Shown: positions 18,484 through 28,675, numbered from the stretch's first letter. The stretch: DNA of 64,000 nt from Oceanispirochaeta sp. (GCA_963666275.2 CAXXOA010000001.1:448001-512000), one strand, 5' to 3'. Notes: generated by a model not told the origin, from the sequence alone. A program made the numbers and translations.

Positions 18484-19863
18484 ATGGGTCTGGTTCTGGT
18501 ACTCCTTCTAGTGGCTTCGATTGCTTTGCTGGTGGCGGCCACTTCAATTTTAAAGCTGCATCCCTTTATCTCTCTCATTTTTGCCTCTCTTCTGCTGGGG
18601 CTCGGTTCCGCCGCCTTCGGCATTATTGATATCATGACTGTTGAATCCTCTATCCGGGAAGGGTTTGGAACGATACTGAGCCATATCGGGATTGTGATTG
18701 TTCTGGGTTCCATCATCGGGGTGTTTCTGGAAAAGTCCGGAGGGGCTATCAGAATTGCCGATACGGTTATCCGGATCCTCGGGCCGAAACATCCCGAACT
18801 GGCAATGAGTATCATCGGATGGCTTGTTTCCATTCCGGTTTTCTGTGATTCGGGCTTTATTATTCTCAATGCCATGAGAAAGTCTCTGACCAGAAAAACA
18901 CATGCCAGAGCCGCCGGTATGAGCATCGCTCTGGCTTCAGGACTCTATGCTTCCCATACTCTGGTTCCCCCGACTCCCGGGCCCGTCGCCGCAGCAGGAA
19001 ATCTGGGGCTTCAGAACAGTCTGGGGTCGGTGGTCCTTTTCGGGATTTTCATCTCTTTGATTCCCATGCTGGGAGGGTTCTTCTGGGCCCGGTTCATAGG
19101 ACGCCGGGTGGAAACCAGGGAAGATCTTATCAATGCAGAATTCTTCCGCAGCGGTTTGAATAAAGAGAGGGAGGTTACCAGCCTTTATGGAACCCTGCCT
19201 TCGGCCTTCCTCTCATTCTGTCCTATTGTTATTCCCATTTTTCTGATTGCCCTGGGTACCATTGTGACCATTCCCTCCGTGCAGAGCTCTCTGGGCGTTG
19301 TATCGGGAGTACTCCTGTTTCTGGGAAATCCTTTTACAGCCCTGCTCATCGGTTTTCTTTTTGCCCTGGCTCTGGCTCCCGGTCTGAACGAAGAGGTCCT
19401 TATGAAGTGGATCGGATCGGGCATCAAAATCGCCGGACCCATCATTCTTATCACCGGAGCCGGAGGGGCCTTCGGGGCTATCATCAAATCCACCCCCATC
19501 GCCTATTACCTGGGCACCAGCATGAGCCGCTGGCATCTGGGGATATTTCTTCCCTTTCTTCTGGCGGCAGCCTTAAAAACAGCCCAGGGGTCTACAACCA
19601 CCACCATGGTGACAGCCTCTGCTCTTATGGCACCCCTTCTGGACTCTCTGGGGCTCGGCACTCCCGTAGGAACTCTCCTTACCGTTATGAGCATCGGAGC
19701 GGGAGCTATGACTGTCTCCCATGCCAATGATTCCTACTTCTGGGTGGTGGCCGAGTTTACAGGAATGGATATCAAGTCGGCCTATAAATCCCATACCACA
19801 GCCACGGCCATTCAGGGAGGGCTCTCGTTCCTGACAGTCCTGTTTCTTTCTGTGGTCCTCTGA
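18484..19863 (+). CDS. GntP-family permease (copy 2, tandem paralogue)
   Basis: Same motifs as copy 1, with long stretches identical to it. Confidence 0.92.
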   Translation: MGLVLVLLLVASIALLVAATSILKLHPFISLIFASLLLGLGSAAFGIIDIMTVESSIREGFGTILSHIGIVIVLGSIIGVFLEKSGGAIRIADTVIRILGPKHPELAMSIIGWLVSIPVFCDSGFIILNAMRKSLTRKTHARAAGMSIALASGLYASHTLVPPTPGPVAAAGNLGLQNSLGSVVLFGIFISLIPMLGGFFWARFIGRRVETREDLINAEFFRSGLNKEREVTSLYGTLPSAFLSFCPIVIPIFLIALGTIVTIPSVQSSLGVVSGVLLFLGNPFTALLIGFLFALALAPGLNEEVLMKWIGSGIKIAGPIILITGAGGAFGAIIKSTPIAYYLGTSMSRWHLGIFLPFLLAAALKTAQGSTTTTMVTASALMAPLLDSLGLGTPVGTLLTVMSIGAGAMTVSHANDSYFWVVAEFTGMDIKSAYKSHTTATAIQGGLSFLTVLFLSVVL

Positions 19864-19944
19864 TTTTTCTCTTATACTTTATGAGAAAGGGAATCCTTTA
19901 AAAAATACAATAAAACCGCAGGAGATACCGGAGGGGAATCTGAA

Positions 19945-22668
19945 ATGGGAAATGTCAACTTGAGGATTGATGGGAAGAATATCACTGCCAGGGAGGGATC
20001 CTCCGTTCTGGAAACCGCCCGGGAAAACGGCATAGATATACCCTCTCTCTGTTTTATGAAGGAACTGATCCCATCCGGTTCCTGCCGCATGTGCGTGGTT
20101 CAGGTCAAAGGGATGGCCGCCTACAAAAGCGCCTGTACCCTGGAGGTCCGGGAGGGGATGGACATTACCACTGCATCCCCGGAGATTGATAAAGTCCGCC
20201 GTACAAATCTGGAACTCCTCTTGTGGGATCATGATTATGACTGCTCTGTCTGCCATCAGAACGGTGAATGCCGCCTGCAGGATCTGGGATACCGCTATCA
20301 GATCGGGATAAAACTCAACAGGCGCCTCGACCAGGGAGATCATGACCATCATGGCAGGCCCGACGGGTCCTCTCCTGTTCTGATTTTCCGGCCCGATAAA
20401 TGCATCCGCTGCGGTATCTGCATCGGTTCCTGCCGGGATCTGCAGGGAAAAGGCGTTCTGGATTTTGTCGAGCGGGGGATGGAGGCCTATCCCTCTCCCG
20501 AATATGTCCGATGGAAAGACTCCTCCTGCGACGGCTGCGGTGAGTGTGTCCAGAACTGTCCCACCGGGGCTCTCAGGGAGAAAGCTCTGAACGGACAGTA
20601 CCGAAAGATGGATCTGGACAGGATTATCCGGACGACCTGCGGCTACTGCGGTGTGGGATGTCAGATGGATCTCTGGATAAAGGATAACCGGGTTGTCAGA
20701 ATCCGGGGAGCCGAAAAAGAGACTCTGCCCAACCGGGGCCGTCTCTGTGTGAAAGGGCGCTTCGGCTACGAGTTTCTGAGCAGCCCCGACAGGCTTACAG
20801 CCCCTCTCATCAGAGAAGGGGAGGGGTTCCGTAAGGCCTCCTGGGAAGAGGCTCTTACTCTGGCTGCAGAAAAATTCACTGCCATTAAAAAGGAGTCGGG
20901 CCCCCGGGCCCTGGCAGGGCTGTCTTCCGCCCGGTGCACCAATGAAGAAAACTATCTTTTTCAGAAATTCATCCGCTCCTGCTTTGGTACCAATGCGGTG
21001 GACCACTGCGCCAGGCTCTGCCATGCCCCTACAGTGGCCGGCCTGGTGGGAGCTTTCGGATCCGGGGCCATGACCAACCCCATCGGCGATCTGGCCGGAG
21101 CCGACTGTATCCTCATAACAGGGGCCAATGTTTCGGAAACCCATCCCGTCACAGCCACCTACATCCGGAACGCCCGGGACAGGGGAGCCCGGATCATTGT
21201 GATCGATCCCAGAAAGATCGACCTGGCCAGGCGGGCGGATCTGCATCTGCAGCAGAAACCGGGAACCGATGTGGCCTGGATTAACGGGCTGATCCATATC
21301 ATCCTGAAAGAGGGATGGGCGGATAGGCAGTTCATAAAGGACCGGACCGAGAACATGGAAGCTCTTGAAAAATCCGTAGAGCCCTTCACGCCGGAACGGG
21401 TGGAGGCCATAAGCGGCATTCCCGCAGAGGATTTGAGAAGGGCTGCTGAAATCTATGCGTGCAGTGAAAAATCGGCCATTGTCTTTGCCATGGGGATCAC
21501 ACAGCATACTACAGGAACAGACAATGTACTCTCCCTGGCCAATCTGGCCATGCTCTGCGGTCAGGTGGGCCGGGAGTCTACCGGTGTAAATCCTCTGAGA
21601 GGGCAGAACAATGTGCAGGGAGCCTGTGATCTGGGAGCCCTCCCCAATGTCTATCCGGGGTATCAGAAAGTGGACAGTCCGGAGATCCGGGATAAATTCC
21701 ACCGGGCCTGGGCGGTCGACTCCCTTTCGGATCAGCCGGGGCTGACTGTGGTGGAAATGATGAGAGCCGCTCATAAAGGGGAGCTCCGGGGGATGTATAT
21801 CATGGGTGAGAATCCCATGCTTTCCGACCCCAATCTCTCCCATGTGGAAGAGTCTCTGAAAAACCTGGATTTTCTGGTTGTTCAGGATATATTCCTGACC
21901 GAAACCGCCCGGCTTGCGGATATTGTCCTTCCCGCTGCGGCGTTTGCCGAAAAAGAAGGGACATTTACCAACTCGGGCCGCCGGATTCAGAGGGTCCGCA
22001 AAGGGGTGGAGCCCCCCGGAGAGGCCCGGGAGGACGGGCATATCATCTGTGACCTTGCCGGCAGGATGGGATTTCCCATGGCCTATGATTCGGCGGCATC
22101 CGTCATGGACGAGATCGCATCACTGACTCCCCAGTACGGAGGCATCTCCTACCGGAGACTGGATGGTGAGGGCCTTCAGTGGCCCTGTCCCGATCCTGAC
22201 CATCCGGGGACGCCGGTCCTTCACCAAGGGACATTCACCAGAGGCCGGGGCAGGTTCCATCCCGTGGATTTTATCCCTCCCGCGGAGCTGCCTGACCGGG
22301 AGTTTCCGCTTGTTCTCACCACCGGCCGGATGCTCTACCATTACCATACAGGAACCATGACAAGGCGTTCGGCCCCCCTGAATACCTTTGCTCCCGGAGC
22401 CTATGCGGAAGTTCATCCTTCCGATCTGGAGGCTCTGGGGATCCGGAACGGAGACGTTCTGGGGCTGCGGACCCGGCGGGGCAGAATCTCCGTTCCCGCC
22501 AGGGCCAGTGACAGGGTGGCTCCCGGAGTGGTCTTTGTGCCCTTCCATTTTGCCGAGTCTCCGGCCAATGCCCTGACAAACGATGAACTGGATCCGAAAT
22601 CCAAAATCCCGGAGCTGAAGGTCGCTGCCTGCAGGATCGAGAAAATGAACAATCCCGGGGTCAAATAA
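19945..22668 (+). CDS. fdhF: Formate dehydrogenase alpha subunit (FdhF-like, Mo/W-bisPGD, Cys form) with N-terminal Fe-S domains
   Basis: N-terminal 2Fe-2S/4Fe-4S Cys motifs, TTCGYCGVGC, DHCARLCHAPT, PLRGQNNVQG and LTTGRMLYHYH. Confidence 0.9.
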   Translation: MGNVNLRIDGKNITAREGSSVLETARENGIDIPSLCFMKELIPSGSCRMCVVQVKGMAAYKSACTLEVREGMDITTASPEIDKVRRTNLELLLWDHDYDCSVCHQNGECRLQDLGYRYQIGIKLNRRLDQGDHDHHGRPDGSSPVLIFRPDKCIRCGICIGSCRDLQGKGVLDFVERGMEAYPSPEYVRWKDSSCDGCGECVQNCPTGALREKALNGQYRKMDLDRIIRTTCGYCGVGCQMDLWIKDNRVVRIRGAEKETLPNRGRLCVKGRFGYEFLSSPDRLTAPLIREGEGFRKASWEEALTLAAEKFTAIKKESGPRALAGLSSARCTNEENYLFQKFIRSCFGTNAVDHCARLCHAPTVAGLVGAFGSGAMTNPIGDLAGADCILITGANVSETHPVTATYIRNARDRGARIIVIDPRKIDLARRADLHLQQKPGTDVAWINGLIHIILKEGWADRQFIKDRTENMEALEKSVEPFTPERVEAISGIPAEDLRRAAEIYACSEKSAIVFAMGITQHTTGTDNVLSLANLAMLCGQVGRESTGVNPLRGQNNVQGACDLGALPNVYPGYQKVDSPEIRDKFHRAWAVDSLSDQPGLTVVEMMRAAHKGELRGMYIMGENPMLSDPNLSHVEESLKNLDFLVVQDIFLTETARLADIVLPAAAFAEKEGTFTNSGRRIQRVRKGVEPPGEAREDGHIICDLAGRMGFPMAYDSAASVMDEIASLTPQYGGISYRRLDGEGLQWPCPDPDHPGTPVLHQGTFTRGRGRFHPVDFIPPAELPDREFPLVLTTGRMLYHYHTGTMTRRSAPLNTFAPGAYAEVHPSDLEALGIRNGDVLGLRTRRGRISVPARASDRVAPGVVFVPFHFAESPANALTNDELDPKSKIPELKVAACRIEKMNNPGVK

Positions 22669-22873
22669 GGTTCCCGTAGACCGGTACTCAAAGGGCTGCG
22701 GTTTCTCCGATTTTTCTTCTGGGAAAAAATCTCCATATCCGGTACTCTTAGGGGAGTCTGAAATTCAAAAAAATCTCAGATCTGCAATTTGAATACACCT
22801 GCCATCAGGCCGTCGGGATCTGCCCCGGGAGAGCTTTTTTCAGTGGATGATAGCAGAGGCGAGGGGAAAGTCT

Positions 22874-23626
22874 ATGAGCCAGAAAATTGAGAAAGCCGTA
22901 AAGATGATCAGAGAGGCAGAGAATATCCTTGTATTCACAGGGGCAGGAGTCAGTACGGCCAGCGGGATAGCCGACTTCAGAGGGCCCGACGGACTCTACA
23001 AATGGGCAGAAGAGAAATACTATCTCCCCTATCCGGAAGCCCTTTTTGATCTGAATTACTTTGCTGATGATCCCCGGCCATTTTTTGACCTGAGTAAGAA
23101 TCTTTTTCTTCTGGACAGTCAGCCCGGGAAATGCCATAAGCTGATCGCCCGGCTGGAAGATCTGGGTAAAGTGAATACAGTGGTTACCCAGAACATTGAT
23201 ATGCTCCATCAGAAAGCGGGGTCTCGCAATGTGGTGGCCTGTCATGGTTCCTACGAAAAAGCCCACTGTCTGGGCTGCCGGAAAAGTTACGAACTCCAGG
23301 ACATTGAAAAGGATATTCTGGAGGACCGCATACCCCGCTGCTCCTGCGGCGGTGTTATCAAACCGGATGTTGTCTTTTTCGGGGAGGCCCTGCCGCAGGA
23401 GTTCTATACCCTTATGGACAATCCTCCCGAAACAGACCTGGTTCTGATTCTGGGAACATCTCTCAAGGTGCAGCCGGCCGCCCAGTTCGCCCTGAATATG
23501 GCAGCCTCTCATCCGGCAATTCTGGTGAACCTGGTGGAAACGGGATACGAAGAAGCGATGGAACTTTTCCTTCCAATGAATCTGGAGTCCTTTGCAGAGG
23601 CTGTTTCAGAGGCTCTGGAGGAGTAG
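22874..23626 (+). CDS. Sir2-family NAD-dependent protein deacylase
   Basis: TGAGVSTASGIADFRG, TQNID, HGS, CxxC...CxC, KPDVVFFGE and GTSLKVQPA. Alternative start at 22847. Confidence 0.93.
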   Translation: MSQKIEKAVKMIREAENILVFTGAGVSTASGIADFRGPDGLYKWAEEKYYLPYPEALFDLNYFADDPRPFFDLSKNLFLLDSQPGKCHKLIARLEDLGKVNTVVTQNIDMLHQKAGSRNVVACHGSYEKAHCLGCRKSYELQDIEKDILEDRIPRCSCGGVIKPDVVFFGEALPQEFYTLMDNPPETDLVLILGTSLKVQPAAQFALNMAASHPAILVNLVETGYEEAMELFLPMNLESFAEAVSEALEE

Positions 23627-24133
23627 GATCAGCTTTTCCGTCAGAAGGGCACTCTTCTCTCTGCGGGAAGGATCAATCTCAAAAAGTTCCGCCGAGGGCC
23701 ATCTGGCCAGAGCCTGATCAGTGAGCTCCGGACGGACCACTATGACAGAGAGCCGGTCTCTGCTCCGGTCCATCCTTTCCATACCTCCGGTCCATCCCCC
23801 GTTCTTTTTAAACTCCAGAATCCCCGCTTCATCCAGAATAAAGAGATCCGAAGGGGACGCCTTCTGAATCTGACGATTCCCCCATTCCAGTGTTTCAGGA
23901 CGGAAGTCCCAGCGGCGGGTTTTCAGATTACCTGTTGTGCCGGGATGATTGTATATAGCCAGTTCTCTCTCTGATTGCCCATCCAGGTCTCTGGCAGTGA
24001 GCCGGACTCCTCTTTCCGTGAGGGTCAGAATCCCGCAGACCGAATATCCCTCCTGTTCCGCCCGGGAGGCCAGATCCAGGCAGAAAGTTGTTTTTCCCGC
24101 TTCCCTGGGGCCAGTCAAAACGACCTGTTTCAA
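23606..24133 (-). CDS. Small P-loop NTPase (NTPase_1/DUF2478-like)
   Basis: LTGPREAGKTT Walker A and FILDEAGILE Walker B; TTG start overlapping the ABC ATPase stop. Confidence 0.75.
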   Translation of the reverse strand: MKQVVLTGPREAGKTTFCLDLASRAEQEGYSVCGILTLTERGVRLTARDLDGQSERELAIYNHPGTTGNLKTRRWDFRPETLEWGNRQIQKASPSDLFILDEAGILEFKKNGGWTGGMERMDRSRDRLSVIVVRPELTDQALARWPSAELFEIDPSRREKSALLTEKLILLLQSL

Positions 24134-24924
24134 TTCTCCTCATCTCCCCAGATCAGGACTCTCCGTCCCTCCGACTCGGTGATTCTTACCGGAACCTGAT
24201 AGAGCCGGGACAGGTTGGTCTGGTTCAGCACATCCGATGCCCTGCCTGTCTGGACAACCGATCCCTTTTTGAGCAGAACCGCATGATCCGCCAGACGCAG
24301 AACCAGTTCGGGATCGTGGGAGGTGAAAAAGAGGGAGATCCCCCGGGTTCTCAGTTTTTTCAGAATCCTCAGAATCTTCTCTTTGTTGTGAAGATCCAGA
24401 TGGGAGGCCGGTTCATCCAGGAGCAGAAGCCGGGGCTGCTGGGTGAGAGCCCGGGCCAGCAGGACCAGCTGCCTTTCGCCGCCGCTGAGCCGGGACACTG
24501 TCCGTCCCGCCAGATCAGAGATTCCTGTCTCTTCCAGGGAGGTCATGGCTATCTCTCTGTCTTTCCGCCCCGGATTTCCCAGGGGAGGAAGGTAGGGGGC
24601 TCTTCCCAGAAGGATGTACTCCATGACCGAGTACTCAAAGGGAATCTTCTCATCCTGGGGAACCAGCGCCATAAAGCGTCCTCTCGCTCTGTTTCCCCAT
24701 TTTTCCAGTGCCTTCCCCTCAAGATAGACCTCTCCCTTCCGGGGAGCGCGCCAGCCCAGAGATATGTCCATTATGGTTGTTTTGCCCGCACCATTGGGAC
24801 CCAGCAGGGCTGTGGCACTGCCCGAAGGGACCTGAAAATTCAGACTCTCGAAGAGAGTGTGTTCCTGATCCTGCCAGCGGAAGGTTATGTCACGGAATTC
24901 CAGTATGCCCCGCTCTGTTTTCAT
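24130..24924 (-). CDS. ABC transporter ATP-binding protein (FecE/BtuD type)
   Basis: GPNGAGKTT, LSGGERQ, LLLLDEP and SHD motifs. Confidence 0.93.
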   Translation of the reverse strand: MKTERGILEFRDITFRWQDQEHTLFESLNFQVPSGSATALLGPNGAGKTTIMDISLGWRAPRKGEVYLEGKALEKWGNRARGRFMALVPQDEKIPFEYSVMEYILLGRAPYLPPLGNPGRKDREIAMTSLEETGISDLAGRTVSRLSGGERQLVLLARALTQQPRLLLLDEPASHLDLHNKEKILRILKKLRTRGISLFFTSHDPELVLRLADHAVLLKKGSVVQTGRASDVLNQTNLSRLYQVPVRITESEGRRVLIWGDEEN

Positions 24925-25919
24925 ATGTGCCTCGTCAGGGGGGAGTGGATCATGAGAATCATAAAGATGAGGGCTCCTGCCAGGGAGGTCAGGATCCCCA
25001 GAGGGATCTCACCGGAGCTGACAGTCCTGGCCAGGTCATCACTGATCAGGGTGAACAGACTTCCTGTCAGCAGGGCCGTGGGAACCGCCCTGGCTGTGTC
25101 GCTTCCCGCCAGCCGTCTGGCTATATGGGGAACGATCAGACCAATCCAGCCTATGATGCCGCAGTAGGCGACGATCGTAGCACTTATCATAACCGCTGCC
25201 AGAAGAAACAGATTTTTTTCCAGTACGGGAGATATGCCCAGAGAGTGGGCTGTTCTATCCCCCATGGAGAGGAGATTCAGCCTCCAGCGGAACAGATAAA
25301 GCAGTCCTGTCAGAGGAAGGGAGAGGGGGAGGATTATTTTCAGTTCGGGCCAGCCGATGCCTGTGAGTCCTCCCAGCATCCAGAAGGTGATCTCCTGAAG
25401 CTGACTTCGCGGATCTGCCAGGTATTTCAGAATTCCCAGGCCCGAGGAGAACAGGGCGGATATGATAATTCCCGCCAGAATCAGCCGGATGATCCATCCT
25501 CCGTAGCGGATGGCCCGGGCCAGAAATCCTGTGAGCATCAGGGCGGCAAAGGCAAAAATCCCCGCTGACAGAGGGACCGCCAGAGGAAAGGAAATATTCA
25601 GGATAATCATCAGGGCAGCGCCGAAGGCTGCTCCCTGGGAGACTCCCAGAAATCCCGGTTCCACCAGGGGGTTTCCCAGAATGGTCTGAAATACCAGGCC
25701 CGCCAGAGCCAGGGTACTCCCCAGAAGGAGGGCCGTAATCACCCTGGGCAGCCGCAGATTGATCAGAATGTTCCGGCCCACAGGATCACCCAGCATTTCT
25801 GCGGGCCCTGTAAAACCGGGCGTGGGGTATCGCCCCAGAAGGAGGGATCCCAGGCTTAGCAGAATCAGCAGAATGAGCAGCAGTATGTTTACAGAACCTG
25901 GTCGCCCCCGATTTATCAC
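24921..25919 (-). CDS. FecCD-family ABC permease
   Basis: LRLPRV, NPLVEPGFLGVS, GIIGWIGLIVPHIAR and EIPLGILT motifs. Confidence 0.93.
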   Translation of the reverse strand: MINRGRPGSVNILLLILLILLSLGSLLLGRYPTPGFTGPAEMLGDPVGRNILINLRLPRVITALLLGSTLALAGLVFQTILGNPLVEPGFLGVSQGAAFGAALMIILNISFPLAVPLSAGIFAFAALMLTGFLARAIRYGGWIIRLILAGIIISALFSSGLGILKYLADPRSQLQEITFWMLGGLTGIGWPELKIILPLSLPLTGLLYLFRWRLNLLSMGDRTAHSLGISPVLEKNLFLLAAVMISATIVAYCGIIGWIGLIVPHIARRLAGSDTARAVPTALLTGSLFTLISDDLARTVSSGEIPLGILTSLAGALIFMILMIHSPLTRHI

Positions 25920-25921
25920 AG

Positions 25922-27022
25922 TTACCTGAGTCCTTCCAGGACAGGTTCAATTCCCCTGTCATAGGAGGCGTCGTTCATATTGTAGAACTCTTTGAAAAAA
26001 GTTCTGGCTTCCCGGTCCATGTCCATGTCGGCAAAGGCTTCGCCATTCAGGGTTCCCGCCATCCACTGCAGTCCCAGAAGCCAGCGGGGATCGGGCTGAT
26101 CCCAGCTGTGATAGTCCATGGGAAAGGGATAGACTTCCCCGTTTCTGTAGGCGTTCAGTTCGTTCCAGTAGCCGCTGTTCTCCATCATTGTGAAAATCTC
26201 ATCATATCCGGTCCGGTAGGATATCAGAAATATCAGATCAGGATTCCAGGAGGCAATCTGTTCAAAGCTGACTTTTGTCCAGCGTTTTCCCAGATCCGCG
26301 TCTTTCCATACAGGCTCGGCTCCCGCCATTTCAAGCATGGTGGTCTGAATAAAAGTCAGAGGGGGTACCTGAAAGGCTCCGGTTCCGTCTTTTTCCGAGT
26401 AATAGAGGATCAGCGCCCGGTCTTCGTCCGCTGAAGCTGAGACCGCTTCTGTTACTCTGCTGATCCTCTCCTGAAACATCGTCCGAAGCTCTTCAGCCCT
26501 TTCCGGATTGCCGAACACCTCTCCCAGTGTGACCAGATCTTTGTCCCAGCCTTCGGGAGATTCCAGATTCAGATAGACCACGGGAATGCCCATTTTCTGG
26601 AATTCCTGATCATATTGACTGAAGAGAAAATCTTTCATAATCACAAGATCCGGCCTGGCAGCCAGAATCTCTTCCATATTGATCCGGCGGGAAAGGATCG
26701 TTTTCTGACCGTAAAGTTCATCCACATGAGGAAGAAAATAACCGCGCCCCTGATTGCTGTCGGCAATGGCGGCCACCCGCTCTGCCGCTTCGGGAAAGAG
26801 GAAAAGGGCATCATTGATAATAAAGGCGGATGATCCGGCCTGAACAATCCTCCGGGGAGGTTCCTTCAGGGTGACTTCCCTGCCCAGGGCATCGACAATT
26901 GTCAGGGAAGTATCAGGAGTAACAGCCGCAGGTTCAGGAGAGGAAGCTTCCTGAGAGCCTCCCGACCACAGACAGATATTGACCAGCAGAACTGGCAGAA
27001 TGAGGAAATTTTTGATTTTCAT
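25922..27022 (-). CDS. Class III (helical backbone) ABC substrate-binding protein
   Basis: DALGREVTL...PPRRIV, EEILAARPDLV and EQIASWNPD motifs; likely start MKIKNF at 27022. Confidence 0.88.
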   Translation of the reverse strand: MKIKNFLILPVLLVNICLWSGGSQEASSPEPAAVTPDTSLTIVDALGREVTLKEPPRRIVQAGSSAFIINDALFLFPEAAERVAAIADSNQGRGYFLPHVDELYGQKTILSRRINMEEILAARPDLVIMKDFLFSQYDQEFQKMGIPVVYLNLESPEGWDKDLVTLGEVFGNPERAEELRTMFQERISRVTEAVSASADEDRALILYYSEKDGTGAFQVPPLTFIQTTMLEMAGAEPVWKDADLGKRWTKVSFEQIASWNPDLIFLISYRTGYDEIFTMMENSGYWNELNAYRNGEVYPFPMDYHSWDQPDPRWLLGLQWMAGTLNGEAFADMDMDREARTFFKEFYNMNDASYDRGIEPVLEGLR

Positions 27023-27143
27023 CAGAAAAGAATAGCCACTACAGGGGGGATTGTAAATAGAAGAAAAAAATGGACAGACAACTTTTATTCTCTGATCCAT
27101 CCTCTCCCGGAAGAGCCCTGATCTGGAAGAAAGCTTAAGAGAT

Positions 27144-27173
27144 AAAAAAAGGGATTCCCCGGCAGGAATCCCT
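27144..27173 (-). terminator. Terminator after lpdA
   Basis: AGGGATTCC...GGAATCCCT stem followed by a T run on the minus strand. Confidence 0.7.
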
Positions 27174-27180
27174 CTGTGAA

Positions 27181-28593
27181 TTATTTTTTGGGAGGCATCA
27201 GGTCCGTGATGGTTCCTTCCGCCATTTCCGCGGCCAGAGCGAAGGTTTCCGCCAGGGTGGGGTGGGCATGGATGGTCAGAGATACATCTTCCAGATCGCT
27301 TCCCATTTCCACTGCCAGGCTTGCTTCGGCAATGAGTTCTCCCGCATTATTTCCTGTGATTCCCGCTCCCAGAACCCGTTTGGTTTCAGGATCGTAGAGG
27401 ACTTTGGTCATACCCTCATTCCGGCCGTTGCTCAGAGAGCGTCCGCTGGCGGCCCAGGGGAACACTCCCTTCTCATAAGCGATACCCCGCTGGGCCGCCT
27501 CTTTTTCGGTCAGTCCGGTCCAGGCAATTTCCGGATCCGTATAGGCCACGCTGGGAATGCAGCTGGGAGAGAATTCCGCAGGCTCTCCCGCAATCACTTC
27601 GGCCGCCACTTTTCCCTCGCTCACAGCTTTATGGGCCAGCATGGGCTGACCTGTCACATCTCCGATGGCATAAATGTGGGGAACCGAGGTCTGTCTCTTT
27701 TCGTTGACAGCTATAAAGCCCCGTTCATCCGCAGAAAGTCCCAGGGCATCCAGGCCGATCTCTTCGGTATTGGGTTTCCGTCCTATACTGACAAGAATCC
27801 TGTCGAAGAGTTCCTGCTCGGGGGCTTTCTTTCCTTCAAAACTCACAAGAATCCCTTCTGACTGGGCTTCCACTTTTGTCACCTTGGTGGAGGTGTAGAC
27901 TTTCTTCACTCTTTTTGTGAGCATTCTGGTCAGGGGTTTTACAAGATCCTCATCCGCCGGGGGAATCAGCTGGTCCATAAGCTCCACCACTGTCACTTCC
28001 GAGCCGAAAGCGCTGTAGACCGTGGCCATCTCCAGGCCGATAATTCCTCCTCCCACTATAAGGAGTTTTGCCGGGATTTCATCCAGTCCCAGGGCATCGG
28101 TAGAATCCATGACCCGGGGGTCGTCAAAGGGAAACATGGGCAGCTGAAATACCCGGGAACCCGACGCGATGATCGCATTTTTAAAGGTGATAACCGCTTC
28201 CTCTTCTCCGCTGGTTTCCAGGGTGTTGGGGCCTGTGAACTTTCCCGTTCCTCTGACAACCTGAACCTTTCTCTGTTTTGCCAGTGCACCCAGCCCTTTG
28301 GTCAGGGAACCTACCACTTTATCCCGATGCCCCCGGATTCCCTCCAGGTCGAGTTTCGGTTTTTCATAGGTGATTCCGAACTTTCCCGCCTCATCGGCTT
28401 CACTGATGATGGAAGCCAGGTGGAGCAGAGATTTGGAGGGGATGCATCCTTCGTTCAGACAGACCCCCCCGAGGGTGTCTCTTTTTTCTACAAGTGCCAC
28501 ACTCTGTCCCAGGTCCGCCGCTCGGAACGCTGCTGTGTAGCCGCCGGGGCCGCCTCCCAGAACCAGGGTATCTATATTGATTGTTTCAGCCAT
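27181..28593 (-). CDS. lpdA: Dihydrolipoamide dehydrogenase (E3)
   Basis: GGGPGGY, GGVCLNEGCIPSK and HAHPTLAE motifs. Confidence 0.96.
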   Translation of the reverse strand: MAETINIDTLVLGGGPGGYTAAFRAADLGQSVALVEKRDTLGGVCLNEGCIPSKSLLHLASIISEADEAGKFGITYEKPKLDLEGIRGHRDKVVGSLTKGLGALAKQRKVQVVRGTGKFTGPNTLETSGEEEAVITFKNAIIASGSRVFQLPMFPFDDPRVMDSTDALGLDEIPAKLLIVGGGIIGLEMATVYSAFGSEVTVVELMDQLIPPADEDLVKPLTRMLTKRVKKVYTSTKVTKVEAQSEGILVSFEGKKAPEQELFDRILVSIGRKPNTEEIGLDALGLSADERGFIAVNEKRQTSVPHIYAIGDVTGQPMLAHKAVSEGKVAAEVIAGEPAEFSPSCIPSVAYTDPEIAWTGLTEKEAAQRGIAYEKGVFPWAASGRSLSNGRNEGMTKVLYDPETKRVLGAGITGNNAGELIAEASLAVEMGSDLEDVSLTIHAHPTLAETFALAAEMAEGTITDLMPPKK

Positions 28594-28675
28594 TATTACT
28601 CCTCGTGGTCCGGTCCGGCGAATCCAATGACATTGTGAATCCTCCAGACCGGCTATTCATTATTTTCCGGGCCTA

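Noticed and set aside
21001..21030. Selenocysteine recoding in FDH
   Set aside because: The active-site codon is TGC (Cys) and the ORF is uninterrupted.
19879..22041. 720-aa antisense ORF
   Set aside because: Shadow of fdhF on the opposite strand; no recognisable motifs.
22681..22747. Direct repeat CCGGTACTC x2 after fdhF
   Set aside because: Only 9 bp in two copies; compatible with chance.
22847..23626. Sir2-based anti-phage defence system
   Set aside because: It is a classical Zn-binding sirtuin deacylase with no defence partner genes.
27023..27180. Cobalamin riboswitch upstream of the FecCD-type importer
   Set aside because: The region is short, contains the lpdA terminator and shows no B12-box that I can recognise.
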